A stretch of 64,000 bases of DNA, taken from the NCBI GenBank assembly GCA_025356295.1, contig JANXUJ010000102.1, forward strand, positions 5,480 through 69,479, read 5' to 3'. Source of the DNA: Cyanobacteriota bacterium. Lineage in GTDB: Bacteria > Cyanobacteriota > Cyanobacteriia > Pseudanabaenales > Pseudanabaenaceae. Numbering within the stretch: the first letter of the stretch is position 1; every line of letters starts with the position of its first letter. A program made the position numbers and the translations under genes. The notes under the pieces were generated by a model. That model was given only the letters and a program-made list of their open reading frames with translations. It made no database searches and was not told where the DNA came from. Positions 59,265 through 64,000 of this stretch are shown piece by piece.

Positions 59265-60374
59265 TTAGATTTGGGGCTGGGTGTATGGCTGATAAATGCG
59301 TTCGGGTAAGTGCGATCGCGATATTTCGATCACCAAATTAACAAGTGGGCGATCATCGCTCACATTGTTGTTGATCATCATATGGGGCAGAAACAATTCA
59401 GGATGGAGTGCTTTCCAGAAATATTCGACAAATTGGGTGATTTCATGGTCACGCAGCCCTGTTTTGCCCGAAGCGATCAATTTGTGTTCGGCTTCAAGTC
59501 GCCATTGCAGACTGTGCTTATAATCTTTGGGCATGATGATGATCAGACTATCGAGATATGCCCAGAGGGCTAGGTAGTCATGGAGATTGGCGTTACATTC
59601 GATCGCAAATTTGCGATCTTCTTCTGACAAAATTGGTGATACAAAATTCTCAAAAGCAGAAATTGGCAAGGGACGCATACCCACAAACCAGCCTTCAAAC
59701 AAAATAATATCGGCACTGTGGGAAATCTCAGGCTCAGTGCGATCGCCTGCTCCGTTGTGCAGAGATTTATCAAAGCGGGGGATTTGCACGACTGGGGCGC
59801 GATCGCGCAACTGCTGTAAAACCTGAATACCCAGTTCAATATCGTGGGTGCTAGGTGGTCCTCGCCAAATTAGATGAGGATGGCGATCTCGTAATTTTTG
59901 GCGATCAGCATAGGTTTTGTATAAATCATCAAGGGAAATACTTAAAAATGTTTTGCCAAGATGCCTCAACAAAATATTTAAGATAAATCCTAATGTTGTC
60001 TTGCCTGTCCCTTGTCCGCCGAGTAAACCTTGAATTAAGCAATGCCCTATTTGGGTTTGCTGACGAGCTATTTGTTGCGCGAGAGGCAGCCAATAATGCC
60101 AGAGAATCGGCAATAGTAATGAGGGGGGATCAAGTTGAATGTTATGAATAACTAGGCTCTGGGAAATTTCTGCGTAAACTGATCGGAGTAATCGCGATCG
60201 CTGATCAATAATCTCATCAGCACTTAAACCACTTATATCTAGTATCTGTAAGCGATCGCGGTTTTCTAATAAATTTTGCTTGAGCTGATTGTAGTCAGAT
60301 ATGGATAAGCGATCGCCCTGAACTATTAGTTCAAAAATTCTTATAATTGGATTTTTGCTCATTTCCTTGTTCAA
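59265..60374 (-). CDS. D-glycerate 3-kinase-like P-loop kinase
   Basis: GGQGTGKTT, SLDDLY, RGPPSTHD, PRFDKSL..GAGDR, FEGWFVG. Confidence 0.85.
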   Translation of the reverse strand: MNKEMSKNPIIRIFELIVQGDRLSISDYNQLKQNLLENRDRLQILDISGLSADEIIDQRSRLLRSVYAEISQSLVIHNIQLDPPSLLLPILWHYWLPLAQQIARQQTQIGHCLIQGLLGGQGTGKTTLGFILNILLRHLGKTFLSISLDDLYKTYADRQKLRDRHPHLIWRGPPSTHDIELGIQVLQQLRDRAPVVQIPRFDKSLHNGAGDRTEPEISHSADIILFEGWFVGMRPLPISAFENFVSPILSEEDRKFAIECNANLHDYLALWAYLDSLIIIMPKDYKHSLQWRLEAEHKLIASGKTGLRDHEITQFVEYFWKALHPELFLPHMMINNNVSDDRPLVNLVIEISRSHLPERIYQPYTQPQI

Positions 60375-60571
60375 TCAGGGTTTCACATGATTTTTGGCTA
60401 ACTTGAGATATACAAATTACAAATTTACAAAAATTAAGCTATTAATTAACAATTATTTAACATAGAATGTTTTCTGTGGGTAATTATACGCAGGCTCCTC
60501 CACACAAACTACATATAATTACTCTCGTCTCAAATTAGTTAGATTCATTACTAAACAAAAAAATTACAACT

Positions 60572-60877
60572 ATGAACTTGAAAGCTCTCTTGATTGTTGC
60601 CAGCCTCGGCCTATCTGCTGGTCTAGTTTCTTGTGCTACCGAAACTGCTACACCTCCTGCAAAGCCAGCTGTAACTGCCGCTCCTGCTGTAGATTCGACA
60701 AAGGTTAAAGAAACAGCTAAGCCCGATGCAATGGCTAAGCCCGATGCTATGGCTAAGCCTGATGCTATGGCTAAGCCTGACGCTATGGCTAAGCCTGATG
60801 CTAAGGACAAAGCTACTGACACTATGGGCAAGCCTGACGCTATGGCTAAGCCTGACGCGACCAAAAAGCCTCAGTAG
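60572..60877 (+). CDS. Met-rich repeat lipoprotein
   Basis: Lipobox LVSC; KPDAMA repeats. Confidence 0.8.
   Translation: MNLKALLIVASLGLSAGLVSCATETATPPAKPAVTAAPAVDSTKVKETAKPDAMAKPDAMAKPDAMAKPDAMAKPDAKDKATDTMGKPDAMAKPDATKKPQ
60716..60862 (+). repeat. 18-bp coding tandem repeat (gctaagccYgaYgcWatg)
   Basis: Five tandem units, a short spacer, then two more units. Confidence 0.9.
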
Positions 60878-61007
60878 TATTTAAAATCCAGATATTTAGA
60901 GAGGGAGATGCTTCGCGCCACCCTCTCTTATCTAGATATAAAGCAAAAAGAGCGCGAAGCGTTCTTTTTTTTGGTTCGATAAATTTGTAGAAGTCTAGAA
61001 ATTTTTT

Positions 61008-61619
61008 GTGGAAATGTTTATGCGATCGCCCACTCAAAAGCTCACCCCAAAAACCACTCAAGCTCTGGCTGCTAAAATTTTTCACTGGGTGAGTATTACC
61101 AGTTTGTTTTTGATGATCGCTAGTGGTTTGCAGATTTATAATGCTAATCCAGTATTTGGAGGGCGCGAAGGTATTCACATTCCGCCGATTTTGGGTCTGG
61201 GGGGCTGGCTTGCTGGCGGAAGACATTGGCACTTTGCCTCAATGTGGATATTTGCGCTGAATCTTTTGTGGTATGGCGTTTATGTCTTGATAACGCAGCG
61301 TTGGAGACATCGTTATGCGAGTAGTAAAGACGTAAAGGCGTTGCTGGTTAGTCAAAACGAAAAGCGTAAAAACTATGCTTGGCATCGGTTAGTTTACACA
61401 TTGCTGATTCCGATTTCATTATTATCGATTTTTACAGGGCTGGGCATGTATAAGCCAGCCCAGTTTTATTGGATTGTGGATAGTCTTGGAGGTTGGGAAG
61501 CTTTGCGGATCACCCACTTTATGGCAGTGCCAATCACGTTGATATTAGGTGGGATTCATTCACAGTTAGGGCGCAAGGTCGGTGGCGATCGCTTACTTGA
61601 TTCGATGTTTTGGGAATAG
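61008..61619 (+). CDS. Cytochrome b/b6-type membrane subunit (MsrQ-like partner)
   Basis: FHW, GRHWHF, ITHF, GIH heme-ligand His in TM helices. Confidence 0.8.
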   Translation: MEMFMRSPTQKLTPKTTQALAAKIFHWVSITSLFLMIASGLQIYNANPVFGGREGIHIPPILGLGGWLAGGRHWHFASMWIFALNLLWYGVYVLITQRWRHRYASSKDVKALLVSQNEKRKNYAWHRLVYTLLIPISLLSIFTGLGMYKPAQFYWIVDSLGGWEALRITHFMAVPITLILGGIHSQLGRKVGGDRLLDSMFWE

Positions 61620-61635
61620 TCGCTATATTTGAGTT

Positions 61636-62364
61636 ATGTCACAACAACCAGAACCTGACAACGATTTTAACGATGATGACTTTGTGCCACGCCGCCGCTT
61701 TTTGACTTTAGCGGGTGCTGGGCTGCTGACGATTGGCTTTGGGAGCCTTGCGGAAAGTCTAGTAGGTAGACTTTCGGAGCCGTTAAATCAGTCAGTCGAG
61801 TCATTGATTTTTAGACCGCAGCAACCCGTACCTGAGTTTCCGATTAGTGCGATCGAGCCAAATAAATTAATTGTTAACACTTTTAGATCTACGCCAGCGA
61901 TCAATCCTGAGACTTATCGGTTGACCATTGACGGTGAAGTTAATAACCCGCTTAGCCTGAGCATGGACGATTTGCAAAAAATGCCGTTTAAATCAATGGT
62001 GATTCGTCATGTATGTGTGGAGGGATGGGCGGCGATCGTGCAGTGGGGCGGTGTGCGACTACGAGATTTGATTGCGACAGCCCAGCCATCGGCTCGGGTC
62101 AAGTATGTCTATTTTTATTCGGCTGATGGCTATTATGAAAGTTGGGATATTGACTCAGTTATGCACCCACAGACGTTGATGGCTTATCAAAAAAATGGAC
62201 AACCTCTAGAGGTTGCATATGGCGCACCCTTACGTCTTGCCTCGCCTGTTAAGCTTGGCTACAAGCTGAGTAAGTGGGTGACAAGGATTCAGCTTACGAG
62301 CGAGTTAGGTAAACAGCGCGGCTATTGGGAGGATATTGGTTACGAATGGTACGCGGGGATTTAG
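61636..62364 (+). CDS. Molybdopterin-dependent oxidoreductase, MsrP/sulfite-oxidase family
   Basis: Tat-like RRRFL, HVCVEGW, SADGYY, GAPLRL, KLGYKLSKW, GYWE..GY. Confidence 0.88.
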   Translation: MSQQPEPDNDFNDDDFVPRRRFLTLAGAGLLTIGFGSLAESLVGRLSEPLNQSVESLIFRPQQPVPEFPISAIEPNKLIVNTFRSTPAINPETYRLTIDGEVNNPLSLSMDDLQKMPFKSMVIRHVCVEGWAAIVQWGGVRLRDLIATAQPSARVKYVYFYSADGYYESWDIDSVMHPQTLMAYQKNGQPLEVAYGAPLRLASPVKLGYKLSKWVTRIQLTSELGKQRGYWEDIGYEWYAGI

Positions 62365-62618
62365 CAATTATCAACAAGAAAAGCGCCGCTTTTCTTGGGT
62401 GTGCTATATTCAGAATAAATTAAATTTATGCGTTTAATTTTCACATCTAAATTTAATCGATTTCAACTTATTGATGCTACACAAGCTTGGTCGCTATTTT
62501 TAACTGGGTGCAACCAAGATGATTCATTCGGGAAAAATCCTATGATTGGCAAATATATAACAATTGCAATTTTAGGAGCGATCGCGGCTCAAATTATTGA
62601 AGCGATTTTGTCATAACG

Positions 62619-62665
62619 CTAGCAACAAAAAAGACGGCGCTAAGCGCCGTCTTTTTTGTTGCTAG
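62619..62665. terminator. Perfect 22-bp inverted repeat
   Basis: ctagcaacaaaaaagacggcgc-taa-gcgccgtcttttttgttgctag. Confidence 0.75.
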
Positions 62666-62671
62666 AAGAAT

Positions 62672-62970
62672 GTGAACTACCAGACGTTGATGCTACGCAT
62701 ACAACACTGTCTTCCTGATTCATTGGGATGAGCTTTCTATACCGAGATATAGCGAGTCTTACCGTCCCTCCACAGGCAGGAGTCCTAGTTCCTAAGACCC
62801 GTATTTTTTCTTGCAACACGTCCCTTCAGCTTGGTTTTCACTTTGGGAGTTAGTGGTCAAGACGACCATACTTTATCATCGATTCGCTAGCGTTCAATTT
62901 ATTTTCTGGCTCACTTTCATCCCGTCACTCATCCTTGTAAACGGATAGAGTGCGGGACTTCCCGTTCGCA
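62672..62970 (-). mobile_element. Non-autonomous IS200/IS605-type mini-element without an ORF
   Basis: Minus strand starts with a hairpin (gaagtcccgcactc...gagtgacgggatgaaag), contains a tnpB-3'-like tract (ggtcttaggaactaggactcctgcctgtggagggacggtaagac...aatgaatcaggaa) and ends gtagttcac. Confidence 0.6.
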
Positions 62971-62974
62971 TTAG

Positions 62975-63334
<360 letters not shown>

Positions 63335-63369
63335 TCAACTTTAATACACTTGAATTGATGTGTAAATTT

Positions 63370-63383
63370 GTAGCCTAACATAC
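63370..63383. promoter_or_regulatory. NtcA-binding consensus upstream of glnB
   Basis: GTA-gcctaaca-TAC, 57 nt upstream of the start. Confidence 0.6.
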
Positions 63384-63410
63384 TTTTTTCGATTGTCATT
63401 CGCATTGTGG

Positions 63411-64000
63411 TTAGGATTGACGTTGCCACAGCCACCAACGAATCACCAGTTTTTCTAGTTCTATCCAAACAAACATCAAGGCACTAAAACCAAAGCAAAT
63501 TGCTAGTTCTGTTGATGTGAGTAGATGTGTGCCAAAAAATACACGAAATGACTCCACATAAATTAACACCATTTGTAAAACTGTGGTCAGAATCACTGAT
63601 CCCCAAAGATAAAGATTGGTTAAGGGATTAAGCTCAATGGTTAGCTGCGTATTGGAGCGAATGGCGATCGCATGACCCATTTGCGCTAAACAAAGCGTAG
63701 TAAATACCATTGTTTGCCAACGATCTTTACTATAAATCTCGTTAAAGTTGGCTTCGGTGTATCCATGTGCCCAGACCATTAAGGTAATCGTGATAATTGC
63801 CAGAATAATCCCAATTCTGATCATGTATGAACCCATGCCCCGTGCAAAAATATTTTCCCGCGGATCAACAGGTGGACGTTTCATGACATTTGGTTCGGCT
63901 GGCTCAACGGCAAGGGCGAGGGCGGGTAAGCCATCAGTAACGAGATTCATCCATAAAATTTGGAGAGGAATCAGCGGCACGTTAAATTGCAACATCGGGG
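63411..64000 (-). CDS. Cation-transporting P-type ATPase, C-terminal part (truncated by window edge)
   Basis: [33 protein letters not shown]. Confidence 0.88.
   Translation of the reverse strand, partial: PMLQFNVPLIPLQILWMNLVTDGLPALALAVEPAEPNVMKRPPVDPRENIFARGMGSYMIRIGIILAIITITLMVWAHGYTEANFNEIYSKDRWQTMVFTTLCLAQMGHAIAIRSNTQLTIELNPLTNLYLWGSVILTTVLQMVLIYVESFRVFFGTHLLTSTELAICFGFSALMFVWIELEKLVIRWWLWQRQS

Noticed and set aside
626-59839. Numerous short ORFs overlapping housekeeping genes in other frames
   Set aside because: They are fully nested in well-supported genes and show no recognisable motifs.
60535-60864. Minus-strand ORF with LAIASG repeats
   Set aside because: Antisense shadow of the KPDAMA lipoprotein, which has a lipobox and operon context.
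62428-62616. 62-aa ORF after the molybdoenzyme gene
   Set aside because: No recognisable motif, AT-rich and without a clear RBS; only the last ~25 codons look possibly coding.
62672-62970. RNase P RNA, tmRNA, SRP or 6S RNA
   Set aside because: I could not find their hallmark motifs (e.g. GAGGAAAGTCC for rnpB, tRNA-like ends for tmRNA); it fits IS200/IS605 ends better.

Overview
Chromosomal segment of a cyanobacterium. psbB/psbT, cphA, clpP/clpR and very dense HIP1 octamers (GCGATCGC) support this; a Pseudanabaena-like lineage is my inference. Most of 1-6.0 kb and 24.4-64 kb is housekeeping: icd, fabI, ssb, menE, cphA, menC, clpP/R, pheT, yggS-sepF-proC-purM, glmU, aspA, rpsD, leuD, miaA, pilBTC, psbBT, glnB. 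The main accessory feature is a ~16 kb element (8400-24363) integrated in the 3' end of tRNA-Thr(CGT) and bounded by a perfect 68-bp direct repeat. It carries a tyrosine integrase, a CI/Cro-like switch with five ATTGCA-N6-TGCAAT operators, a Toprim/VapE primase-helicase with an 11-copy iteron array, an HNH nuclease, and two divergent operons of virion-like proteins. I can recognise no terminase, portal, HK97 capsid, tail or lysin, so it is a candidate unusual (possibly tailless) provirus or satellite. Next to it lies a collapsed relic of a sibling element (6140-7180), with one deletion junction exactly on a HIP1 site. Other notable items: a CphA lacking the N-domain primer-generating metal site, a Met-rich repeat lipoprotein upstream of an MsrPQ-like pair, a ~300-bp transposase-less IS200/IS605 mini-element, and a family of long perfect intergenic hairpins with a GC-N3-GC apex. 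All calls are by eye; no database searches were run.
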